From NCBI GenBank assembly GCA_034669905.1, contig JAXMOL010000020.1:1-64000 (forward strand): a DNA stretch of 64,000 nucleotides, given 5' to 3'. The translations under genes and the position numbers were made by a program. The DNA is from Candidatus Hydrogenedentota bacterium (GTDB taxonomy: Bacteria; Hydrogenedentota; Hydrogenedentia; Hydrogenedentales; JAEUWI01). Numbering within the stretch: position 1 is the stretch's first letter; each line of letters begins with the position of its first letter. The notes under the pieces were generated by a model, which did not search any database, was not told where the DNA came from, and was given only the letters and a program-made list of their open reading frames with translations. This document shows positions 41,417-49,700 of the stretch, piece by piece.

Positions 41417-43111
41417 CTATTCGGAGTCTTCCGACTTTTTCTCCTTCATGCTTCCAAGGACATCCGAAGCATTGGAGAGGGCCTTCAAGACGGATTGCGG
41501 GGTTTCCACCGGGGCGTCGGATTTCTTCGGCGCCTTTTTCGCGGTGGGCGTTGACTTGACGCGGATCGCCGGGCTATCCGTGTTGCTTGCAATACGACGG
41601 GGGGCGCGGCCCAGGGCACTCAACGCGGCGGATGCGGCCGCCAGATCGGGCCCACCTTCCCGTTGGCGTGCCGTGGCTTTCTTCCCCGTGCCGGGGCGCG
41701 GGGATTCTTGGGGCGCTTCGGCAGTAACTTCTTCTACCGGTGTGGGTGTGGCAACCGATTGACTGGCCGGGGTGTCCGGGCTTGTGCGCTTTTGTACCGT
41801 CCCTTTCTTACGGGCGGCGGGCTTCTTTTTTGGAGTCGCCTTTTTCCGGGCCGGCCCTGTCTTGGCCTTGCCTTTAGCAGGGGCTTCCTTCCCGGTCTCC
41901 TCCGGGATATCGACGGACGGTGTCGCCGTGGCCGCTTCGGCTACCCGGGCATAGGAGTCGCCAGAGAGAATTTCCGCCCGTTGCGATGGCCCGAGGGGCG
42001 ATTGATAGCCCGTCGCAATCTCCGGCGTTTCAAGGGGCATACGCTCGCGGCTCGGGTGGGTCTCGATCCAACGGGCGATGGGGCCGAAGACCTCCCGGGC
42101 ACCCTCATGGGAAAAGGCGAGGTCGCAATGGTTGTAGTCGTGTTTGAAGCCGTGTTCCTTGGCGCAGACGAGCATGCGCTTGTCCGAGGAGGGCAGGGCG
42201 TCGAAAAAGGCCTTGGCATTGCTGAGGGTGACAAAGGGATCGAGGGGCGCATAGAGGACGAAGAGCGGAAGATCCAGTTCGGCGAGTCCATCCAGCACGT
42301 TCAGGTTGCCGTTGTCCATGCGCCAGCCCGGCCGATTCACCCAGCGGCAGAGATCGTTTAAGACCCCGGGCAAGGGGTCTTCAATCATCCGGTAAAAATG
42401 GCCGGCATTCATCGTCCGGGCGATGTTACGCATGTTCGTGGGAAAAACCGCGGGGCTGATGCGGAAACAACTCACGATGGGGACCACCCCCCGGACGATA
42501 GCGCCACTGAGGGCGGGGAAGAGTCCCGCAAGCTTGAACATCAGGGGAGAGCGTCGTCCCGATTGGCCTTCAAAGCCCAAGGGGGAGCCCAAGGTGGTGC
42601 CACTGGCGAGACTGTCCGTGCCGTATTTCAGCGCATAGGCGTAGAGGAGCATGCCGCCGAGCGAATGACCGACATAGTGGATGCGCGCATACCCCGTTTC
42701 CTGCTGGATATAACGAATGGCCGTCGGAATGTCGTCATTGAGAAAGTCATCGGTCGTGACCTGATTCCGGGTGCGCTCAAAGGGCGGTATGGACGAGCGA
42801 CAGCCGCGCAGGTCGACGGTCCAGCAGTCATAGCCCCGTTCTACCAGGGCATCCACCAGACTGACCCCTTCCGGGGAGGTGAAATTGTGTTGATTGGTAT
42901 TGGCCCCGTGGACGAGCAGGATGGGTTGGCCACCGGTGCGCCCCTTACGGTAGCGGCACATGCGAATCTTCCAGAGATCCTGGGTCGTTACGAGTACGAC
43001 CTCGTTGGTGTTCAGTTTCTCCGGAAAGAGGGAGTCCAACATAGACCAATAGAGAAGGACCAGGAGCACCAGGCCGAATACGACGGCCAGGCCAATCAAC
43101 AGAGGGATCAT
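41417..43111 (-). CDS. Membrane-anchored alpha/beta hydrolase with Lys/Ala/Pro-rich C-terminal tail
   Basis: N-terminal TM, LLVHG, DLRGC, GHSLGG nucleophile elbow, YNHCDL. Confidence 0.85.
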   Translation of the reverse strand: MIPLLIGLAVVFGLVLLVLLYWSMLDSLFPEKLNTNEVVLVTTQDLWKIRMCRYRKGRTGGQPILLVHGANTNQHNFTSPEGVSLVDALVERGYDCWTVDLRGCRSSIPPFERTRNQVTTDDFLNDDIPTAIRYIQQETGYARIHYVGHSLGGMLLYAYALKYGTDSLASGTTLGSPLGFEGQSGRRSPLMFKLAGLFPALSGAIVRGVVPIVSCFRISPAVFPTNMRNIARTMNAGHFYRMIEDPLPGVLNDLCRWVNRPGWRMDNGNLNVLDGLAELDLPLFVLYAPLDPFVTLSNAKAFFDALPSSDKRMLVCAKEHGFKHDYNHCDLAFSHEGAREVFGPIARWIETHPSRERMPLETPEIATGYQSPLGPSQRAEILSGDSYARVAEAATATPSVDIPEETGKEAPAKGKAKTGPARKKATPKKKPAARKKGTVQKRTSPDTPASQSVATPTPVEEVTAEAPQESPRPGTGKKATARQREGGPDLAAASAALSALGRAPRRIASNTDSPAIRVKSTPTAKKAPKKSDAPVETPQSVLKALSNASDVLGSMKEKKSEDSE

Positions 43112-43187
43112 AAATCACGTTCCTTGCCGCTATGCGGCCATGCGTTTGCTATTCGAAGCGATATCATACCGAATCGCTGCCGATACT

Positions 43188-45098
43188 TCATCCTGACTCC
43201 GTATCCTGGTGCAGAAAGGCATGGACCGTTTCGGCCAGTTCGTCGCTGAAACCAGGGAGCGCGGCGATTTCTGCGACGGTGGCTTCCCGCACCCGGGTGA
43301 CCGAGCCAAGCTTGGTCAGAAGGGTCTGGGCGCGCCGGGGGCCCACGCCGGGGATGTCCACCAGCGTGTTCTTGAGGGCGGCTTTTCCCCGCTTCTTTCG
43401 GTGATAGGTAATGGCGAAGCGGTGGGCCTCGTTCCGGATGCGGGCGGCTAACTGGACCACCGGTCCATTCTGGGGGAGCACAATGGGATTCATGCGGCCG
43501 GGCAGGAAGAAGCGTTCGGGGGAGCGGTCCCCCTCTTCCTGGGCGCGTGATTTCGCAATGCCCGCATGGGGGAGATCTTCTATCCCCAGGTCCTTAAAGA
43601 CCGCGGTGGCCATACCCAGCTGCCCCTTGCCGCCGTCAATCAATACAAAATCGGGGAGGTCATCTTCGTCGATGGCGCGGGTATAGCGGCGCAATAAAAC
43701 TTCCCGCATGCTGGCAAAGTCGTCCTGCCCGTCTACGGTCTTCATGGAAAAGCGGCGGTAGCGGGCCTTATCCGGTTGTCCGTCGGTAAAGACCACCATG
43801 GATGCGACCGTCGCCGTGCCCTGGATGGTGGAGATATCGAAACACTCGATGCGTTTGGGAAGTCTGGGGAGTTTCAGCGCTTCCTTCATGGTGGCGAGGG
43901 TGTCTTTGTCCGCCGCTTCGGAGAGTTGCTTTTCATGGAAGCGCTGCTCCGCGTTGCGATTGGCAAGATCGACCAGGGCCGTCTTCTCGCCCCGCTGGGG
44001 CCAGTGGACATGGACCTTGCTGCCCCGTTGCTCAGTGAGTAGTTCGCCCAGTACGTCCGCACTTTCAAATTCCAGGGGCACGAGCACTTCCGACGGGATG
44101 GCAGGCGCTTCGCTGTAGTATTGCAAGACAAAAGAACTAAGCAGATCATCCAGCGGCATTTCCTGCCGTTTGAAAAATACGTTGCGTCCGCCCAGCATTT
44201 TGCCGCCACGGTAGAAGAGGATCTGGATGGCCGCAAAACTACCTTCGTGGTAGATGCCAAAGACGTCACGATCTTCCGCGCCCGGCACCGCCACGGTGCG
44301 CTGTCGCTCCAGGGTTCGTCGCAGATCGAAAAGTCGATCCCGGAGTGTGGCGGCCTTTTCAAACTCCATATTTTCGGCGCACGCGTTTATTTCACCGAGC
44401 AGTTGTTGTTCCAGGGCATCACTTTTCCCCTCCAGGATAAGCAACACCTGGTTGAGGAGATCGTGGTATTCCTCCCGGCTTACGTAGTCCACACAGGGAG
44501 CCACACACTGTTTCATCTGGTAGTAGAGACAGGGACGGGTCCGATTCTTCATGACACTGTCGGAGCAGGTACGGAGGGGGAAGAGGTGCTGCAGCTGGCG
44601 GAGGGTATGGCGCACCGAGGAGGCGCTGTGGTAGGGGCCAAAGTAACGGGCTCCATCTTTGCGGTAGCGTCGGACCACGGTGATGCGGGGAAAGTCCTGT
44701 CGCGTATCGACCCGCAGACTGATGTAGGTCTTGTCGTCTTTCAGTTGGACGTTGTAACGGGGCCGGTGCTGCTTGATGAGGCTGTTCTCTAGGAGCAGGG
44801 CCTCTTTCTCGTTGCTGGTGACGAGAAATTGGATGCGGGATACGCGCCGCATCAGAAACTTCACGCTGTAGCGGGAATCACTGGCATTGATGTAAGAGCG
44901 AATCCGTGCGCGGAGGCTCTTGGCTTTTCCCACATAGATGGGCTTTCCCTTGCCATCCTCCATGATATAGCACCCGGGTTCCGTGGGTACCGTAGAAATA
45001 TCGAAGCCGTCAATGAATTCCTCGGCGCTGGCGGCTGGCTTTTCGCCCTGCAGGGCAATCGCGGCGGTGGAGGTGACGGTATCGGCTGGTTGCTGCAT
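43188..45098 (-). CDS. uvrC: Excinuclease ABC subunit C
   Basis: PGCY, IYVGKAKSLR, RIECFDIS, IDGGKGQ, RNEAHRFA and HhH IPGVGP. Confidence 0.97.
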   Translation of the reverse strand: MQQPADTVTSTAAIALQGEKPAASAEEFIDGFDISTVPTEPGCYIMEDGKGKPIYVGKAKSLRARIRSYINASDSRYSVKFLMRRVSRIQFLVTSNEKEALLLENSLIKQHRPRYNVQLKDDKTYISLRVDTRQDFPRITVVRRYRKDGARYFGPYHSASSVRHTLRQLQHLFPLRTCSDSVMKNRTRPCLYYQMKQCVAPCVDYVSREEYHDLLNQVLLILEGKSDALEQQLLGEINACAENMEFEKAATLRDRLFDLRRTLERQRTVAVPGAEDRDVFGIYHEGSFAAIQILFYRGGKMLGGRNVFFKRQEMPLDDLLSSFVLQYYSEAPAIPSEVLVPLEFESADVLGELLTEQRGSKVHVHWPQRGEKTALVDLANRNAEQRFHEKQLSEAADKDTLATMKEALKLPRLPKRIECFDISTIQGTATVASMVVFTDGQPDKARYRRFSMKTVDGQDDFASMREVLLRRYTRAIDEDDLPDFVLIDGGKGQLGMATAVFKDLGIEDLPHAGIAKSRAQEEGDRSPERFFLPGRMNPIVLPQNGPVVQLAARIRNEAHRFAITYHRKKRGKAALKNTLVDIPGVGPRRAQTLLTKLGSVTRVREATVAEIAALPGFSDELAETVHAFLHQDTESG

Positions 45099-45228
45099 GC
45101 CGGTAGAATAGCATAGGCATGTACGTCCAGGCGCGCCTGCGTGGTACAATTGGGCTGTCCGCGATGGTGCATTCCATGTACCCGGTGTGTCGCAGGTGGT
45201 AGCAGTAGAATGAAACCGAAGGACGCGC

Positions 45229-45981
45229 ATGACCGTGGAAGCTCCTCAACCGATCCCTGCCGGTGTTCCGTCGCCGTTGGTGCTACGGCGCATACGACTG
45301 CTGGGCCATTTCAGCCTGGCAATCACGGCAGCGGTCTTTATCGGGGCAGCGTTTCTTTGGGGCGAGCCTTACCCCCACGTGGGTAAACTCATTGTGGCCC
45401 ATATCGTGGGCGGGCGCGCAGGCAATGCGACAGTCGGCCTGAACAGCGGATTCGATCCGTGGTTCATTCTCTTTCAATCCTGCATGCAGGATTTCATCAT
45501 CATGTTTTACGCCTTTCCGATTTTCGCGACGGGCCTGGCCGCTGCCGAGAAATGGCCAATTATCGGTCCCGCGCTCACCCGAATTCATGCCCTGGCCGAA
45601 CGCTATAAATCCCGACTCGCCCCCTATGGCCTGCTGGGGCTCATGCTCTTTGTCCTGTTTCCTTTTTGGAGTACTGGGCCCCTGGTGGGCGTGGTCGTGG
45701 GCTATCTGCTGGGCCTGCGGGTACTCTGGTCCTTCAGTGCGGTCATCGTAGGCAACGTGATAGCTGTGGCCCTCTGGATATTTGCCTTTGACTTCGTCAA
45801 CGGAAAGCTCCTGGCCATTGATGAGAATCTGCCCTGGATCCTCGCTGCCGCTATCCTCGTGGCGGGTATTCTGGGCGGGATCTGGCACCACTGGCAGCGG
45901 CGTCGTCAGGCAGCAATCCTGGCGAAAGGCGCACCCGCCAAGGAGGTGCCGAAGAAGCCCGTGGTGCCCCAGCCGGAGTAG
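45229..45981 (+). CDS. Small multidrug-export-like membrane protein
   Basis: Multi-TM with YGLLGLMLFVLFPFWSTGP motif. Confidence 0.65.
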   Translation: MTVEAPQPIPAGVPSPLVLRRIRLLGHFSLAITAAVFIGAAFLWGEPYPHVGKLIVAHIVGGRAGNATVGLNSGFDPWFILFQSCMQDFIIMFYAFPIFATGLAAAEKWPIIGPALTRIHALAERYKSRLAPYGLLGLMLFVLFPFWSTGPLVGVVVGYLLGLRVLWSFSAVIVGNVIAVALWIFAFDFVNGKLLAIDENLPWILAAAILVAGILGGIWHHWQRRRQAAILAKGAPAKEVPKKPVVPQPE

Positions 45982-46063
45982 CTCTGACCGCGATGGACAT
46001 GTAGGCATCGCTTTTCCGGGTGGACGACTTGATTGGGTGACCATAGCGCGGTAGGATTCGGCT

Positions 46064-46948
46064 ATGATTGAGCAAACTAATCTACAAACGGCGGCAAAAC
46101 TGTTGCCCCCGCGCCCCGATGACGGACATAAAGGTACCTTCGGACACGTTTTTCTTTTGGCGGGCTCCCGGCGCTACCCGGGTGCGATGCGCCTGGCCTG
46201 TGAAGGAGCCAGTCGCTCGGGGGTCGGTCTGGTTACGGCGGGTATCCCGGAGATGATTATCGGCGTCGCGGCGGTCACGTTGCTCGAGAGCATGGGATTG
46301 GCACTGCCCGATACCCCCTCTGGTGCGTTGGGCCGGGAGGCCATCGAACCGGCTATGGACTTCGCACAGGACAAGGACAGTGTGGTGCTCGGTCCCGGTC
46401 TGGGGGCCGACGAGGAAACCCTCGATTTTGTCCTGGAATGTGTGCCCAGGATTACGGCTCCCCTGGTATTGGACGCGGACGGCCTGAATCTGGTGGCAAG
46501 AAATGTACTCTGCCTCATCCCGCGCCTGACGGCCACGACTATTCTCACGCCCCACCCCGGTGAAATGGCCCGGCTGATGGGCATCAGCACGAAGGAGGTC
46601 CAATCCCAACGGGAAACCGTGGCGGCTTCCTTCGCGTCCACCCATCGGGTCATCGTGGTGTTAAAGGGCTATGAAACGATTGTGGCCCATCCCGATGGCC
46701 GGCTTGCCATGAATACCACGGGGAACAGCGGTATGGGTACCGGTGGGACGGGGGACATCCTCGCGGGCCTGCTCGGTGGTCTCTTGGCCCAGGGCATGGA
46801 CCCATGGGATGCGGCCCGTCTGGGCGTATGGCTTCATGGCTATGCCGGCGATGTGGCGGCCCAGGAGTTCACGGCACGGGCCATGATTGCGCGGGATGTC
46901 ATTGCCTGTCTGCCCAAGGCCTTTGCCACCCTGGAGGCCGCGCTATGA
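46064..46948 (+). CDS. nnrD: NAD(P)H-hydrate dehydratase
   Basis: HKGTFG, GPGLG, DADGL, TPHPGE, VLKG and GGTGDILAG. Confidence 0.93.
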   Translation: MIEQTNLQTAAKLLPPRPDDGHKGTFGHVFLLAGSRRYPGAMRLACEGASRSGVGLVTAGIPEMIIGVAAVTLLESMGLALPDTPSGALGREAIEPAMDFAQDKDSVVLGPGLGADEETLDFVLECVPRITAPLVLDADGLNLVARNVLCLIPRLTATTILTPHPGEMARLMGISTKEVQSQRETVAASFASTHRVIVVLKGYETIVAHPDGRLAMNTTGNSGMGTGGTGDILAGLLGGLLAQGMDPWDAARLGVWLHGYAGDVAAQEFTARAMIARDVIACLPKAFATLEAAL

Positions 46949-47925
46949 GCGACTCGGTGGGGGATCGGGGGGAATTCGCGCTTATTGCGTCCCTCACGGC
47001 ATCCCTGAAATCAGGCGAAGGGATTCCGCAGGGGATCGGGGACGATTGCGCCGTCCTGCGTGTGGGCGACAAGGAACTCCTGCTGACCTGCGACGCCTCG
47101 CTGGAAGACATTCATTTCAAGCGGAACTGGGGTACGCCCGAAGATATCGGGTGGAAGGCGGCGGTTTCTGCCCTGAGTGACATTGCGGCCATGGGCGGAC
47201 GTCCCGTGGCGGTACTGGTCACCCTGGCCTTACCCGAAGCCTTGCCCGTGGCCTACGCCGAAGGAGTGTATCGGGGACTGGCCAACGCGGTGGAGTCGAC
47301 CGGCGCCACGATTGTCGGGGGCGACACCACGGCATCGCGCTCTGGCATTGTCATCGACCTGTCGGTTATTGGCGAAGTGGTGGGGCGTGCCGTGTTGCGC
47401 TCGGACGCGCGGCCGGGTGACGTAGTGGCTGTAACGGGGGCCGTCGGTGAACGGGGAGCTGGCCTCCACGCCTTGCTCAACGGACACGACGCACCAGACT
47501 TCATTCGGGCCTACCTCCATCCATCGCCCCGTATCGACGAGGGTGTCTGGCTTCAGGAACAGTCGGGGGTCCACGCCATGATGGATGTATCCGATGGATT
47601 GCTGCCCGATGTCCGACACATTGCCAAGGCGAGCGGTGTAGGCATTAACCTGCTGTCGGCCCAGTTGCCCAACAACGTTTCCCTGTGGTCGTATTGGGCA
47701 GAGCAAGGCATGGAGAGTATGCCGCAGCGCCTCTGCAGCGGGGAAGAGTATGAGCTTCTGGTGATGCTTCAGGTGGAAGAGGCACCCGCAATGGTGCAGC
47801 AATTCATGGCAAACTTTGATGTGGAAATTCATCCAATCGGCGTTTGCACGGACCGGTCCGGCGAGGTGTGGGTAGATGGGGAGCCGCCCGCCGCACAGGG
47901 ATTCGAACACTTCCGTACACCGTGA
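46945..47925 (+). CDS. thiL: Thiamine-monophosphate kinase
   Basis: GEFALI, GIGDDCA, SDIAAMGG, GGDT, DVSDGL and GEEYEL; ATGA overlap with nnrD. Confidence 0.95.
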   Translation: MSDSVGDRGEFALIASLTASLKSGEGIPQGIGDDCAVLRVGDKELLLTCDASLEDIHFKRNWGTPEDIGWKAAVSALSDIAAMGGRPVAVLVTLALPEALPVAYAEGVYRGLANAVESTGATIVGGDTTASRSGIVIDLSVIGEVVGRAVLRSDARPGDVVAVTGAVGERGAGLHALLNGHDAPDFIRAYLHPSPRIDEGVWLQEQSGVHAMMDVSDGLLPDVRHIAKASGVGINLLSAQLPNNVSLWSYWAEQGMESMPQRLCSGEEYELLVMLQVEEAPAMVQQFMANFDVEIHPIGVCTDRSGEVWVDGEPPAAQGFEHFRTP

Positions 47926-47937
47926 TGGCGGGTTGAT

Positions 47938-48528
47938 TTACCCGAAATACTCCGGGGCATTGCCGGGCTTCCACTTGATATTGCAGCCGAGGCTGGCCTT
48001 CTGCGTTTCTGGTGCTGGCTCTCCGGCGAGGAGGCGGTCCAGGGCGTTCCGCAGATCTTTTCCCGTAACCGCAACATCATTTCCCGGACGCGCGTCGTCA
48101 AACTGGCCCCGATAGTAGAGACGACGATCGCCGTCGAAGAGGAAGAAGTCGGGGGTGCAGGCGGCGTGGTAGGCCTTGGCCACTTCCTGGGATTCGTCGT
48201 AGAGATAGGGGAAGGTGTACCCGTAGGTCATGATTTCATCCACCATCTTTTCGGGGCTGTCGTCGGGATAATTTTCCACGTCGTTGGCATTGATAGCGAC
48301 GACGCTGATGCATTCCTTCTGATAGGTGCGTCCCAGGTCGGCCAGGGCTTCGCGCAGCATTTTCACATAGGGACAGTGATTGGAGATGAACATGATGAGC
48401 AGGCCCCGCTCTTCATTGAAGTCGGAGAAATGCATCATTTTTCCCGTGGCGTCGGGCAGGCTGAATTCGGGGGCTTTCGTGCCCAGAGGAAGCATCGTAG
48501 AGGCAGTGCGCACCATGGTTGTGGACAT
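47938..48528 (-). CDS. Thioredoxin-family (AhpC/TSA) protein
   Basis: APEFSLPD, NHCPYV, AACTPDFF and GCNIKW. Confidence 0.9.
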   Translation of the reverse strand: MSTTMVRTASTMLPLGTKAPEFSLPDATGKMMHFSDFNEERGLLIMFISNHCPYVKMLREALADLGRTYQKECISVVAINANDVENYPDDSPEKMVDEIMTYGYTFPYLYDESQEVAKAYHAACTPDFFLFDGDRRLYYRGQFDDARPGNDVAVTGKDLRNALDRLLAGEPAPETQKASLGCNIKWKPGNAPEYFG

Positions 48529-48677
48529 CCTTCGGGTGTACTTGGTATCGGTGGAGGGGAAGGATCAGGGCTCCTTCCCGAGGGAATCGCTATTGTACGC
48601 AAAGAAACGCCCTCCGGCAAATTGGGCGGGCCGGAGGGCGTCTCAGCGGAACAGGTGCCAGGGCACCAGGAGAAACC

Positions 48678-49643
48678 TTATTTCGTGACGGATTTCCGCA
48701 CGGTATAGGATTTCTTGTTGTAGGCAGCGTTGTATTCATTCACCCGGTCGAGCCAGGAACTCTCAAGGCTCAGCGCCCAGTCACTCCGGGGCGTGTTCGT
48801 CGGCGTAATGGACAGGTCACTCTGGGCGGACTCCGTCAGTTCGCGGTAGCTGATAGCGGGAACCTCGGACTGTTTCGTAGCCTTGCGGTCGCGGATAGTC
48901 GGCAATACGGTGCGGCCTTTACGAAGGGCGCGGTCGGCCTTGCTCTTGAGGAGGTCGTAGGGGTCCGTCCCATATTCGTAGAGGTAGACGGGGCCATAGA
49001 CGCCGGTGCCGAGATCGATATCTTCAAAGTAGATATCGTTCACATTCCCGTTTTCATCGGTGCCCTGGTAGAAGAGGAGGGCGTCGAGCCAGTCAAAGGG
49101 CAACCCGGAGACGTAGTCATAGGCACCGAGGATGCGGCCTTCGGAGAAGCCATCGTTATAGCCATCGCTGAAACCCCCATCGAGCCACTCGATATGGGTG
49201 TCGACGAGAAGGAAGTTTTCCCAGTTGGGGTCGAAGGCGATGTCATAGCCTTCACTGAATCCGATGGCGAAGGCGTAGTCATAGGCCACGAAGTACCCAT
49301 CGTTGTAGGCGTACCAGATGCCGTCATAGTAACCGGCATCGTAGGCGGGGTCTTCTACGACGGGAATCTGGCTTCCCGTGTAGTAGATGGTGCCACCGTC
49401 GACCGTGTCGTAGCTGTCGTCGAAGCCCTGCCAGTATTCCGAGTCATCGGCAAAGCCCACCAGAAAGCCGGCGTCGTATTCGACCTGGTCAACGTTTCCG
49501 CCACCACCGCCACTGCCTCCGCCGTTTCCACCGCCGGTACCCGGTATACCCGTGTAGTAGGGGCAACCGGCCAGGACAATTGCTGCGCCGAAGAGGGCGA
49601 CATGCATTCGGTATTGGGTCAGGGTATTCCGTACGTTTTTCAT
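48678..49643 (-). CDS. Lipoprotein with acidic Tyr/Gly (GF/YxxG) repeats
   Basis: Lipobox VLAGC, Gly linker, repeats YDAGF, YDAGYYDG, GFSEGY and GFSDGYNDGFSEG. Confidence 0.75.
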   Translation of the reverse strand: MKNVRNTLTQYRMHVALFGAAIVLAGCPYYTGIPGTGGGNGGGSGGGGGNVDQVEYDAGFLVGFADDSEYWQGFDDSYDTVDGGTIYYTGSQIPVVEDPAYDAGYYDGIWYAYNDGYFVAYDYAFAIGFSEGYDIAFDPNWENFLLVDTHIEWLDGGFSDGYNDGFSEGRILGAYDYVSGLPFDWLDALLFYQGTDENGNVNDIYFEDIDLGTGVYGPVYLYEYGTDPYDLLKSKADRALRKGRTVLPTIRDRKATKQSEVPAISYRELTESAQSDLSITPTNTPRSDWALSLESSWLDRVNEYNAAYNKKSYTVRKSVTK

Positions 49644-49700
49644 GGCTACGATTCCTTTGTCGGTTGCCTTAGCTTCGAATCCATTCGAGGCTCACTGCGC

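Noticed and set aside
41417..43111. PHA synthase (phaC) call
   Set aside because: The nucleophile elbow is GHSLG (Ser), not the GxCxG of PHA synthases.
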